Assembly: GCA_029247315.1 (NCBI GenBank)
Contig: JAQWLM010000067.1
Coordinates: forward strand, 465-64,464
Direction of reading: 5' to 3'
Source: Verrucomicrobiota bacterium
GTDB taxonomy: Bacteria > Verrucomicrobiota > Verrucomicrobiia > Limisphaerales > AAA164-E04
Length of the DNA: 64,000 bases
The notes beneath the pieces were generated by a model. The model worked only from the letters and a program-made list of their open reading frames with translations. It searched no databases and was not told where the DNA came from. This document shows, in pieces, positions 1-9,630 of this stretch. How positions within the stretch are numbered: position 1 is the stretch's first letter; each line of letters begins with the position of its first letter. The translations under genes and the position numbers were made by a program.

Positions 1-1
1 G

Positions 2-982
2 AGCGCCTCCATACTGGGACAGCCGCTCAGGGATGTGAGGGATATCAGACGAATCCATGAGCGGGTGGGGGAGCAGAGCCTGGATTTGCTTCAGTCTGAC
101 CATCTTCTCAGCGGTATTGACATAGCCATGTGGGATCTACTCGGTAAACAGCTGGAGACACCCATTTATCGTTTGCTGGGATTTGATCGATCCTTTGCCA
201 AGCTTCCTTACGCTTCCGGTCTCTTCGGTGAAACACCCCAGGAAACGCTTGAAAAGGCCAGAGACATGGGGGGCAGCGGATTCCGTGCCGCCAAGTTTGG
301 TTGGGGACCCTACGGACGTGGAACCGTGGATGAGGACAGGGAGCAGGTGCACGCTGCGCGGGAAGGTCTCGGTAAGGATGCGACCCTCTTGATTGATGCT
401 GGGACCGTCTGGGGAGATGACGTGGCGCTTGCAAGGCAGCGACTGCCGGCCCTCAAGGAAGCCAGGGTTGCGTGGCTTGAGGAACCCTTCATTTCCGCCG
501 CGCTGGGTGCCTATCGGGAGCTTTCCAGTTTGAGTCATCCCCTCTCCTTGGCGGGAGGGGAAGGTTGTCACCAGTCGCATCAGGCATACAACATGATAGA
601 TTTTGGCAAACTGGGCTATATCCAGATCGACACGGGCCGTATCGGGGGTATTACCTCTGCCTTCCAGGTGGCCCAGTATGCCCGGGAACGGGGTGTCGCC
701 TATGTGAACCACACCTTCACTTCTCATCTTGCCTTGTCGGCATCCATTCAACCCTATGCAGGGCATGTCGAAGACCAGCTCTGTGAGTACCCAGTGGAGG
801 CGACCCCATTGGCCAGGGAATTAACCAGGACCTCCATTCGGCTGGACGGGGATGGGATGGTTTGCCTGCCCGAGGCCCCCGGTCTTGGACTGGAACCTGA
901 TCTCGAGATTATTCGCAGATACAAGAGGGAGGTTGAGATACGCGTGGATGGAAACCTGGTTCAGCAAACTGGAACCCTGTGA
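2..982 (+). CDS. Enolase-superfamily enzyme (mandelate racemase / muconate lactonizing enzyme family), 5' end cut by window edge
   Basis: The frame is open from nt 2, upstream of the GTG at 35. Motifs seen: AMWDLLGK..PIYRLLG, LLIDAG, AWLEEP and IQIDTGRIGGIT, typical of the MR/MLE barrel domain. TGA stop at 980-982. Confidence 0.85.
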   Translation, partial: SASILGQPLRDVRDIRRIHERVGEQSLDLLQSDHLLSGIDIAMWDLLGKQLETPIYRLLGFDRSFAKLPYASGLFGETPQETLEKARDMGGSGFRAAKFGWGPYGRGTVDEDREQVHAAREGLGKDATLLIDAGTVWGDDVALARQRLPALKEARVAWLEEPFISAALGAYRELSSLSHPLSLAGGEGCHQSHQAYNMIDFGKLGYIQIDTGRIGGITSAFQVAQYARERGVAYVNHTFTSHLALSASIQPYAGHVEDQLCEYPVEATPLARELTRTSIRLDGDGMVCLPEAPGLGLEPDLEIIRRYKREVEIRVDGNLVQQTGTL

Positions 983-1006
983 CACATCCTCCCCTTCGTT
1001 TATACG

Positions 1007-1837
1007 CTATTCCAAGGGGCGCCTGACCGCTTCCTCGACGCCGCCATAAAAGAAATGATGGGATCCAATCATGACTTTCGGCTTGCGAATGAATTTTTGG
1101 CCGTTCACCCATTCAACATGGCCATCCAGGTATCCCTCATTGGAACCTTCTGGTTCCTCGCCCTGGCGGTTGAAATGGTTCACTCCGCGCATCAGCGGAT
1201 CAGGATCTCCGGGGCGCTTCCAATCCTTTCCATTGAGTTGGCGGTTGATGTCTGTCCAGAGCACCTTGTAATAGGGACTGTCCGTGTTTTTCTGTGCAAA
1301 GATGGGGGAACCATCCTCGAAGATGGATTTGTCAGGGTGGTATGATTTGTTCTCGTTGTAGGCCTTGTTGCCAACCCAGTAGACATAGCCGAACACGGAT
1401 TCGGTTCCATTGGGCCAGGTCCAAAAATCATCACGGCCCCATTTAGGATTGGATGGACAATAGAAAGATGAGCGCGGTACCGCATACTGCTCATGATAGG
1501 TGTTCCTGAACCTTACCGAATACCAGTGGGGATTGATGTTTTCCGTGGGTTGGAACCAACCATCGTGATCGTCGGAATACATGAGCACGGCATACGTCAG
1601 CTGTTTGATGTTATTGATGCAGGAGGTTCGCCTGGCCCTTTCTTTTGCCTTGGAGAGTGCGGGCAGGAGCATGCCTGCAAGGATGGCGATGATGGCGATG
1701 ACCACCAGCAATTCAATCAACGTGAAGCCTTGCAGGGGCTGCCGTGAACGTTTCTCAGGGGCTTCGCGTGGGGTATGCACGCAATCTAACCAATGATATT
1801 TGTGATGGTCTGTCAATATGTAATCGGTGCGACTCAT
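1007..1837 (-). CDS. Prepilin-type N-terminal cleavage/methylation domain protein, DUF1559 (H-X9-DG-like) family
   Basis: Class III signal G|[29 protein letters not shown], then [17 protein letters not shown], and a C-terminal ..GYLDGHVEW.. signature. This is the PVC-expanded pseudopilin-like family. Confidence 0.85.
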   Translation of the reverse strand: MSRTDYILTDHHKYHWLDCVHTPREAPEKRSRQPLQGFTLIELLVVIAIIAILAGMLLPALSKAKERARRTSCINNIKQLTYAVLMYSDDHDGWFQPTENINPHWYSVRFRNTYHEQYAVPRSSFYCPSNPKWGRDDFWTWPNGTESVFGYVYWVGNKAYNENKSYHPDKSIFEDGSPIFAQKNTDSPYYKVLWTDINRQLNGKDWKRPGDPDPLMRGVNHFNRQGEEPEGSNEGYLDGHVEWVNGQKFIRKPKVMIGSHHFFYGGVEEAVRRPLE

Positions 1838-2310
1838 TTCTCCTGAATCAGGTTAATTTTTCTGCTGTCTTCATGGATGCTCATATTTGTAGAAGTTTCA
1901 GCGATGAGCAGGTTCTTGTCTCTGCTGGATGCAGGTGCTTTCTTGAGTCTTTTCATGGTTAGCTGGTCGCAGGCAGTGCAGCGTGTCTGCCCCATGGATT
2001 TGTGCCACACGCCTTGTTTATTGGTGGCACCGTGCTTGCCGTGCCGGTAGGTCACCACGAACGACATTGTTGACGCGGTTGGTTTCCTTGATACCACCAA
2101 TGGAGGCGATACCGAGGGGCAGTAGATACCAGTCATTGTTCTCGTCCACATACATCATGTAGGCAAGAGAGATCTGATGCTGGTTACTGGTGCAATTTGC
2201 CTTTCGCGCTTGTTTCTTTGCGTTTGACAATGCTGGTCGGCATGACGACCCGAAGTTCAATCAGTGTGAAAGCACTGCGTGATGATACGCTGCAAAACCA
2301 TTGAGGACGT
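1834..2310 (-). pseudogene. Decayed DUF1559 / prepilin-type paralogue (frameshifted, helix deleted)
   Basis: The minus strand reads ..SAFTLIELRVV (FTLIEL at 2253-2270) and then hits a stop. The next family block, PALSNAKKQARKANCTSNQHQISLAYMMYVDENNDW, is in another frame (ORF 2018-2260) and the hydrophobic helix is missing. A C-terminal remnant lies in a third frame (ORF 1834-2151). Confidence 0.5.
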
Positions 2311-2319
2311 CTTCGGTCC

Positions 2320-5300
2320 TCAATCAACTTCGGGGAATGACTCCAACAGCGTGGACGCTTGGATGAACCCGTTTTGGTTTCTGGTTGCTTCTCGAACCGC
2401 CCGGACGGTGTCAGGTCCTATCATGGGAGCTTGATTTCCAAATGCATTTCGCACGTAGGTGAGGACCGCCGCAATTTCATCATCCTTCAGCCCCTTGAAG
2501 GGTGTCATGGGGACCAGGCCCTGATATGTTTTCCCCTTGACTTCCATGGGCCCGAGGAGTCCATGAAGTGTCAGTGCAATCAGGCGTTCAGGCTGACCAA
2601 CGACCCATTCAGATTCTGCGAGAGGTGGGAATTGGGCCGCAGGCAACCCCTGCCCCTTTTCCTGATGACAGGTGATACAATGGCCTTCTCGTCGATAGAC
2701 CTCGGCACCTTTCAGAAACAAGTTCCTGGCCTCACCCCTCAGGTTGGTTTGAGGGGGTGTCCAGGAAGCGGCCTGGATACGTTCCCCTTGAAGGTGTTTC
2801 AGTGCCGTCTCATAAACAGGTCGGATCCAGTCATCGATGGGAGCTTTGCCAGCTTCCCGGACAATGGGTAGCCCCAAGGTTGGTTCCATGTGGGACGCAG
2901 CCAGAATGACTTCCATGCGCACCCGGCCATGGGGGTCGTTCGCTGTCTGCATGAGTAGATCCCTGCTACCCTGGATACGATGGCTGTTATGGCGAATCGC
3001 TCCCACAGCAGCCGCTCTCGCTCGATAGTCTGGATCTTTGAGCAGTCTTTTCACGAGGCTCTGGTCCACCCTGTCATGTCCCCAGGAAACCCACATGGCC
3101 TCCACCAGATGGTGTGCGTGCATGGGGTCGGAATCATCGAGTTCTGCCACCCATCGCTCCAATGCGCTCATCACCTCACTGGGTCGACGTTTGCGCAGTT
3201 CGCGTCGGGTGCGGTAGCGACTTCGATATTCCGGTAATGTGAGATTATCAAGGAGCACTTCAATGGGCGCACCTGCAATGTGTGCGGGCTTGACCAGTGG
3301 GCGGGAAGGGTAGGTGATACGGTAGATGCGTCCATGGACATGATCGCGCAGGGGATCCCTTGCGCTATGTTGCATATGCCCGACGAGGACGTTGTGCCAG
3401 TCTGTGATATAAAGGGAACCATCCGGTGCGAATTCCATGTCCACCGGTCGGAAATTTCCATCGCTACTCTTCAGCAAATCCTGACGATGCCTGCTTTGAT
3501 AGCCTGTGCCTTCATCGACCATGGTATGTTGCTTGGTCCCGAGATATCCGATGGTGTTGTGAATCAGCAGGTCGCCCTGCATTTCCTCGGGAAAGTGTCG
3601 GCTCGATACAAACTCCAATCCGGATGTGGGTCGCATGCGATGTGCCTCCTCAATCAGGTTACGGGGATTGGGTGCAAAGGAACCGTATGGGACTTCGACA
3701 GTCCCAGGCCCCATCCATCGGACACTGGGATCGGACGTGTCCGTGAAGAATGCCTGCCCCCAGTCATCGAAGGCAGTGCCCCATGGATTTGGAATGGAAA
3801 GGCGTGCGGATCTTTCCAGGTGTCGCCTCTTGGGGGCATAACGGAAAAAGCCTCCATTTGAACTTCGGATGGGTCCGTAGGGTGTTTCGATGTTGCTATG
3901 GAGAAAGGTGCCTTCCCCCATGTAGATAGCTCCTGAAGGATCGGCGCAGAAGGCGCTGATGACATGATGGGTGTCATGATCATCGAATCCACTGAGGACG
4001 ATTTCTCGTGTGTCTGCCTGCTGGTCGTGATCCCTGTCTGTCAGCAGGACGAGATGCGTGCCTTGTGCCACGTAAACCCCTTCCGATGCCAACTCAAAAC
4101 CTGTCGGCAGGTGCAGACCCCCTGCGAAAACCGTTTCCCTGTCTGCCTTCCCGTCCCCGTTGGTATCCTCCAGTATGAGCAGCTTGTCGTCCGGCTTTGC
4201 ATCGCCGGGTTGGTAGTGGGGATAGCTTGGCATGGTGGATACCCACAATCGACCTTCGTTGTCAAAGGCCATCTGGACGGGATTGGCCAGATTTGGAAAC
4301 TCTTTTTCTGAGGCAAACATTTCGATTTTAAAACCCTCGGGGACCCGCATGCTTTGGACAGCTTTTTGACCATAAAGATAGTCGATGGAACCATTTTTCG
4401 CACTGAGGCGATAATTGGTTTTGGTTTCAGGCAGGGCGTGTGTCCTGGCATCTGCAGCCTCAAGGTCAAACCTGCTTCCCTCCAGGACGGCCCAGATGGC
4501 CCGATCCCGGTTGGTGGCCATTTCGTTGAGTTTTTTCAGTTCATGTGGGTAATTGTCTGGACCGAAGGGGCGGTGGCGTTGTCCGTAGACATGCACGCCA
4601 TTGGGAATCTTGTAGAGCTTGTGCCAGATCCAGTTTTTTTCCTGCATGGCGGAGCGAAGCCTTTCCCCATCGATGGTGCCTTTCTTTCTCTCTGCGAAGA
4701 TGGTATCTGCGATCAATGGAGCCAGGAGCTGGTAACCTTTCTCATTTAATTGAAACCCTTCCAGCGTGATCGGTTCCGTGCTGTGGTCATACCATTGCTG
4801 ACTGGCCGTGAACGCATTGACGAAAAGGACATCCAAGTCCCCAGTCACATCCTCCATGGCAGCGGTGTAAAGTGCCAGGTTTGCATTTTCAATTTGTCCA
4901 TTGGGGGTGTTGTAAGTCGATGAGAGGTCCTCGAAGGCGATGGGAGAGACCAGGGCCAATCCCGGGGCAGCCTTGCCGTTGTAGGATTGAGCGCGTGTGT
5001 GGAGGATGAAGCCGCGCAATGCTTCCTTGAAGGATTCAAGACCCTCCGGACCACGAAAGGATGCATTGTAACCGAAAAAGGCGATAATCAGATCGGCCCG
5101 CAGGCGAGTGAGCCATTGGTCAGGCGTTTCATAGGTTCCTTTTCCCGCGTGTCCCGAACCCCAACGATCCTTGGCTTCCGAGAGGGAGGCGTAGTGCTTT
5201 TCTGCGCCGGGAAAGGCCCATGGTGAGGGGCGTCCTGAGTGGGGGCGAAATCCGGGAGTGTTCCCTTCGTCTGCCATGTTTCGGATCACCAGGCGGTGCT

Positions 5301-5493
5301 TGTGATGGCGGCGTTGAATCTCCGTCTCCAGGAGTCCGAACTGCATCATGCGGGATCCCAGACCATTCCCCAGAATCACCAGATTTGCATTTTCCTTTAA
5401 TCCGAATGGTTTTGCTGCCTCGGTACAGGGGGCTGCCAGGTACGATGCCAGCAAGACCATCAAGCGGCTGCGCATGCTCAGGTATCGAATCAT
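2320..5493 (-). CDS. PVC-type heme-binding CxxCH protein / membrane-bound dehydrogenase-domain protein (SGNH-like N-terminus, beta-propeller, HEAT-like repeats, C-terminal cytochrome c)
   Basis: 1057-aa ORF with a signal peptide. Propeller-like segments (..DNEGRLWVSTMPSYPH.., ..APDGSLYITDWHN..). C-terminal c-type heme motif CITCHQEKG..PPL, followed by ..DDEIAAVLTYVRNAFGN. Confidence 0.8.
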   Translation of the reverse strand: MIRYLSMRSRLMVLLASYLAAPCTEAAKPFGLKENANLVILGNGLGSRMMQFGLLETEIQRRHHKHRLVIRNMADEGNTPGFRPHSGRPSPWAFPGAEKHYASLSEAKDRWGSGHAGKGTYETPDQWLTRLRADLIIAFFGYNASFRGPEGLESFKEALRGFILHTRAQSYNGKAAPGLALVSPIAFEDLSSTYNTPNGQIENANLALYTAAMEDVTGDLDVLFVNAFTASQQWYDHSTEPITLEGFQLNEKGYQLLAPLIADTIFAERKKGTIDGERLRSAMQEKNWIWHKLYKIPNGVHVYGQRHRPFGPDNYPHELKKLNEMATNRDRAIWAVLEGSRFDLEAADARTHALPETKTNYRLSAKNGSIDYLYGQKAVQSMRVPEGFKIEMFASEKEFPNLANPVQMAFDNEGRLWVSTMPSYPHYQPGDAKPDDKLLILEDTNGDGKADRETVFAGGLHLPTGFELASEGVYVAQGTHLVLLTDRDHDQQADTREIVLSGFDDHDTHHVISAFCADPSGAIYMGEGTFLHSNIETPYGPIRSSNGGFFRYAPKRRHLERSARLSIPNPWGTAFDDWGQAFFTDTSDPSVRWMGPGTVEVPYGSFAPNPRNLIEEAHRMRPTSGLEFVSSRHFPEEMQGDLLIHNTIGYLGTKQHTMVDEGTGYQSRHRQDLLKSSDGNFRPVDMEFAPDGSLYITDWHNVLVGHMQHSARDPLRDHVHGRIYRITYPSRPLVKPAHIAGAPIEVLLDNLTLPEYRSRYRTRRELRKRRPSEVMSALERWVAELDDSDPMHAHHLVEAMWVSWGHDRVDQSLVKRLLKDPDYRARAAAVGAIRHNSHRIQGSRDLLMQTANDPHGRVRMEVILAASHMEPTLGLPIVREAGKAPIDDWIRPVYETALKHLQGERIQAASWTPPQTNLRGEARNLFLKGAEVYRREGHCITCHQEKGQGLPAAQFPPLAESEWVVGQPERLIALTLHGLLGPMEVKGKTYQGLVPMTPFKGLKDDEIAAVLTYVRNAFGNQAPMIGPDTVRAVREATRNQNGFIQASTLLESFPEVD

Positions 5494-5751
5494 GTCCTGA
5501 GACTAATGTGCGGTTTCTTCGGCCACAAGGATCGAAGCATCAAAGAACGCACTTGCAACCTGGTGGGCAATAGACCAAACAGGAAAAGCATGCACTCTGT
5601 CTGTGCTCAAAATTTCCGTTGCAAGTGTATGGATTCATTGATGTGGAACACTGGCATGCGGCGTCTCATTCGATCTACCTGGATTCCTGCGGGTCTGGTT
5701 TTGACACTCTGCGGCAGGGGGAGGAGTCAAATGAAATCCCTTGTCGCCAAC

Positions 5752-6753
5752 CTAACCCTGCACGTTCTTTGGGGAACATTGCGGGGCGTTTGAGAGGCGT
5801 GTCACTGCCTCCTGAAAGTCCTCAGGTATGGGGGCTTCAAATAGGAGTGCCTTACCTGTTGCTGGGTGATCAAAACCAAGTTTCCACGCGTGCAGCAGTT
5901 GCCTCGGTGGTGTGAAGCCACTGGTCTCGGTCAGTCTGGAGCTGCTGCGTTTGCCATAGCTGGCGTCTCCAAACAAGGGGAAGCCCAGGTATTTGAAGTG
6001 GACACGAATCTGGTGGGTACGTCCGGTGTGTAGTCGAACCTCGACCCATGTTGCGAGGGTTCCAAAATACTCACGCACCTTGTAATCGGTGACTGCGAGG
6101 CGTCCTCCATCCACAACGGACATCAGCTTTCGCTGCGTTGGATGTCTTGCGATGGGAGCCTGGATTCTATTCTGATCTGGTAACAGGTTGCCGCACACTA
6201 CCGCCGTGTAAACCTTCGTCACAGAGCGTCGAGCGAATTGCATCGTCAATCCCTGATGAGCCGCGTCCGTCTTTGCGATTACCATGCATCCACTGGTGTC
6301 CTGGTCCAGGCGGTGTACGATTCCAGGTCGAGCCACATCTCCAATGCCACTCAATTGGCCCTTGCAATGGTGCAGTATGCCATGCACGAGGGTTCCTGTC
6401 GCATGCCCCGCAGCTGGGTGCACGACAAGACCGGGAGGCTTGTTGACCACCATGAGATGTTTATCCTCGAAGAGGATTGCAAGTGGCATGACCTCAGGTA
6501 TCAAATCCATCGGACGGATTGCTGGAGGCGTGATGGTGATGCGTTCACCTGCCTTGGGTTTGTGGCTTGGTTTAACCTTTTGCCCGTTGACAAGAATGTG
6601 TCCCTCATCAATCCACCTGCGGATGTTTCCGCGGGTCAGGTCAGCCAGTTGCTCGTTCAGCCAGCTGTCCAGGCGTGTCCCCAGTTGCGTTGTCTTCACC
6701 TCCAGTGTGCCCTCGCCTTGAGAGGCATTCGATGGATCAGACGGATCTTCCAT
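5752..6753 (-). CDS. rluD: 23S rRNA pseudouridine synthase, RluA family with S4 domain (RluD-like)
   Basis: S4-like N-terminus (..RLDSWL..RGNIRRWIDEGHILVNGQ), catalytic HRLDQDTSGCMVIAKT, and ..GRTHQIRVH... Starts 3 nt after the lgt stop. Confidence 0.88.
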   Translation of the reverse strand: MEDPSDPSNASQGEGTLEVKTTQLGTRLDSWLNEQLADLTRGNIRRWIDEGHILVNGQKVKPSHKPKAGERITITPPAIRPMDLIPEVMPLAILFEDKHLMVVNKPPGLVVHPAAGHATGTLVHGILHHCKGQLSGIGDVARPGIVHRLDQDTSGCMVIAKTDAAHQGLTMQFARRSVTKVYTAVVCGNLLPDQNRIQAPIARHPTQRKLMSVVDGGRLAVTDYKVREYFGTLATWVEVRLHTGRTHQIRVHFKYLGFPLFGDASYGKRSSSRLTETSGFTPPRQLLHAWKLGFDHPATGKALLFEAPIPEDFQEAVTRLSNAPQCSPKNVQG

Positions 6754-6755
6754 GG

Positions 6756-7541
6756 TCAGGCTGTGTTCCTCTGGGTTTTAGAACGTGATCGTTCTCGGGC
6801 GTAATACCACAAGCCTAATCCAGCGGTGAGTATGACGATTCCAGTCAACTGTCCGGGAGTCAGGAAACCAAGGTGTTTGGAGGGTTCATAATCACCCCTG
6901 AAGAGTTCGTTGACGGCCCTGAGCAAGGCGTAGGCAATGAGATAGATTGAAAAAATCTGGCCGTCGAACCGCTTGCATCTGTACTGCCATTCCAAACCGG
7001 CATAGAGTGCAAAGTTGAAAAGGAATTCGTAGATTTGCGTGGGATGTACATGATCCGGATGCGTGATGTGTTCAGCGGGGAATTGGATGCCCCAAGGCAG
7101 ATCACAGGCTTTTCCGTAGCAGCAGCCCGTCATGAGGCAGCCCAGGCGACCAAAGGCGTGTCCCAGTGCGATGCTGGGTGCCAGGGCATCGGCCATCTTC
7201 CATATCGGGAGTTTGTTTTTTCTTATGTAGAGGGCTCCACAGAGGGCGGCGCATATGAAACCGCCGTAGTAGACAAGACCTCCCTGGCGAATATCAAGGA
7301 TGTTCGTCCATGGACCATTCGCAAAATCGTCCTTCCAATAGGTGATGACATACAGCGTGCGTGCACCCAGTAGACCACCTATAATTAGCCATGGTCCAAT
7401 ATCTGCAACGGATTCTGATCTTAATCCATCCAGTGGAGCACGGCGGTTGGCAGTCCAGAATCCGGCCATGAAACCCAGTGCAACCAGGATTCCATACCAG
7501 TGAATGGGCACACTCCCGAGATTAAAGGCAATAGGATGCAC
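6756..7541 (-). CDS. lgt: Prolipoprotein diacylglyceryl transferase
   Basis: Motifs IHWYGILVALGFMAGFW, GGLVYYGG and GRLGCLMTGCCYG. Polytopic membrane protein of typical Lgt length. Confidence 0.92.
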   Translation of the reverse strand: MHPIAFNLGSVPIHWYGILVALGFMAGFWTANRRAPLDGLRSESVADIGPWLIIGGLLGARTLYVITYWKDDFANGPWTNILDIRQGGLVYYGGFICAALCGALYIRKNKLPIWKMADALAPSIALGHAFGRLGCLMTGCCYGKACDLPWGIQFPAEHITHPDHVHPTQIYEFLFNFALYAGLEWQYRCKRFDGQIFSIYLIAYALLRAVNELFRGDYEPSKHLGFLTPGQLTGIVILTAGLGLWYYARERSRSKTQRNTA

Positions 7542-7633
7542 GCCGAGAGGCTAAACCCTGAATAGGTCTTCTTCAATCTAGAAAGACGGTCCAAAGTATC
7601 GCCAAGCAGAACGTCTTTGGATACCTTGAAAGC

Positions 7634-9562
7634 ATGTTCTGCAAGCTATGTTTTCAAGTGGGCCGGGCGGTCTTGTTTCTTTTTGCGCCATTGGCTTTGG
7701 CTGACAATTACCTTCAACTGGGTCCAATGCTCGGACATGTGGGCAGTCACGAGGCACATGTCTGGGTCAAGTCCCTGAAGGCGACCCAAACAAGCATTTT
7801 AGTCAGTGAAAAATCAGGATTGTCTCATCCGCGCCAGGTTGAAGGTCCTTATCTGGATAAGGCGACTGATTATTGTGGACACCTGACCGTGCCGGGCTTG
7901 AAGGTCTCCACACGTTACTACTACAATATTCTCCTTGATGGGGTAGCCACGCTGAGTCCGCCTTACCCCTCCTTCAAAACGGCACCGAAACAAGGTGAAG
8001 CCACAAAATTACGTTTCGCCTTCGGATCCTGCGTGGGCCATGAGGGAAGATTGGCGGCGGCGGCATGGGGGGAAATGGCCGGGGACAACTCTCTCCAGAT
8101 GCTGCTGATGCTGGGTGATAATCATTATGCTGATTCGACCGATCCCGATGTGCAGCGCGCCGCGTATTATGACCATCGCCATATCGCTGGTTTCAGGGAT
8201 ATCGCAAGGCGCACTGCAGTCTATGGAATCTGGGATGATCATGACTATGGTCCCAATGACAGTGATCGTACTGTGGAAGGCCGGCTGGAGACCTTGGAGA
8301 CCTTCAAATCCATGTGGGCGAACCCTTCCTATGGAGAATCTCATAATCCAGGCATCTATTATCATTTTGTCTATGGGGACATTGCGTTTTTCATGCTGGA
8401 CGATCGCTATTACCGCTCACCGAATCATGCCTTGGATGATGGGACCAAGACGATGCTTGGGAAACGTCAATGGCAGTGGTTGAAGGAAGGACTGCAGACT
8501 TCCAAGGCCAGGCTCAAGTTCGTTGCAGCGGGAAGTGAGTGGCAGAAGAACGGGCACCGGGATTCGTGGAGCAGTTTCAAGCGTGAGCAGGATGCTTTTT
8601 TCAAGTGGCTGGATGAGACGCGCATTGAAGGAGTGATACTTCTATCCGGTGACCGTCATTTTACCGGCGGATATCAGATCAATCAACGTGTGATCGAGAT
8701 CACCTCCGGTCCCCTTGGATCTTCAAGTTATGCGACCCCGAATCTTCCTGAAATGTTTCTTAACCACGGCACCGGAAAAATGTTCAGTGTCTTTGATATT
8801 GATACGCACGGGGCTTCGCCCAAGGTGGTTCTTGAAGTGCATCGTGCAGGCGATGGAATGATTGATCGCCGTGATTTTACCATGGACGAAATCAACGGCA
8901 AGGCCAGGCTTGCAACCCTGCCACTGCGTGAGAAGAAAAACGACCCGATCGAGGAAACATCCATTTTCCCACTTTTAAGGTTTGCAGACTTTGAGAAGGG
9001 TGCTTCGGATTGGACGCCTACCGATGACAATGCCTGGAGAATCATCTCTCAGGATGGCAGTAAGGTATACAGCCTGCATCGTCAGAGTCGGTATCAGCCT
9101 GAGCATCGCAGTCCCCATAATTACAGCCTGATGAACGATATTTTTGTCGGCGATTTTGACCTATATGCCCGGGTGCTCACAACACAACGTGACTACGGGC
9201 ATCGCAGCATGTGCCTTTTCTTTGGATGGCAGGATCCTGAGCATTTTTATTATGTTCATCTTGGGCAAAAGACCGATGATCACGCCAATCAGGTGTTTCT
9301 TGTCAACGAGGCACCCCGAACAAAAATTTCAACGTTCACAACGCCTGGAACCCCGTGGGACAGCGACTGGCATACCGTCAGGATCAAGCGCAGGGTGGGT
9401 AGCGGTTTGATCGAAGTCTATTGGGATGACATGGCTCAGCCAGTGATGAGGGCCAATGATCGCACCTTTCAATGGGGCCAGGTTGGTATTGGTTCCTTCG
9501 ATGATACGGGAGATTGGGATGACATACGCCTCTTTGGCGTTCGATCGCATGCCCCTGAGTAA
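7634..9562 (+). CDS. PhoD-like alkaline phosphatase fused to a C-terminal concanavalin-A/DUF1080-like beta-sandwich domain
   Basis: Signal peptide, PhoD N-domain, and metallophosphatase motifs (FGSC.., MLGDNHYAD, GIWDDHDYGPNDSD, LSGDRHF). An extra ~190 aa follows (..WRIISQDG..LYARV..VHLGQKTDDHANQVFLV..WHTVRIKR..). Confidence 0.8.
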   Translation: MFCKLCFQVGRAVLFLFAPLALADNYLQLGPMLGHVGSHEAHVWVKSLKATQTSILVSEKSGLSHPRQVEGPYLDKATDYCGHLTVPGLKVSTRYYYNILLDGVATLSPPYPSFKTAPKQGEATKLRFAFGSCVGHEGRLAAAAWGEMAGDNSLQMLLMLGDNHYADSTDPDVQRAAYYDHRHIAGFRDIARRTAVYGIWDDHDYGPNDSDRTVEGRLETLETFKSMWANPSYGESHNPGIYYHFVYGDIAFFMLDDRYYRSPNHALDDGTKTMLGKRQWQWLKEGLQTSKARLKFVAAGSEWQKNGHRDSWSSFKREQDAFFKWLDETRIEGVILLSGDRHFTGGYQINQRVIEITSGPLGSSSYATPNLPEMFLNHGTGKMFSVFDIDTHGASPKVVLEVHRAGDGMIDRRDFTMDEINGKARLATLPLREKKNDPIEETSIFPLLRFADFEKGASDWTPTDDNAWRIISQDGSKVYSLHRQSRYQPEHRSPHNYSLMNDIFVGDFDLYARVLTTQRDYGHRSMCLFFGWQDPEHFYYVHLGQKTDDHANQVFLVNEAPRTKISTFTTPGTPWDSDWHTVRIKRRVGSGLIEVYWDDMAQPVMRANDRTFQWGQVGIGSFDDTGDWDDIRLFGVRSHAPE

Positions 9563-9630
9563 CCCGAATCCATCATCCGCCCTGCTTCTGGATCGAACGA
9601 TGGGAGTCTTAACTGTGGGCGGGACACCTG

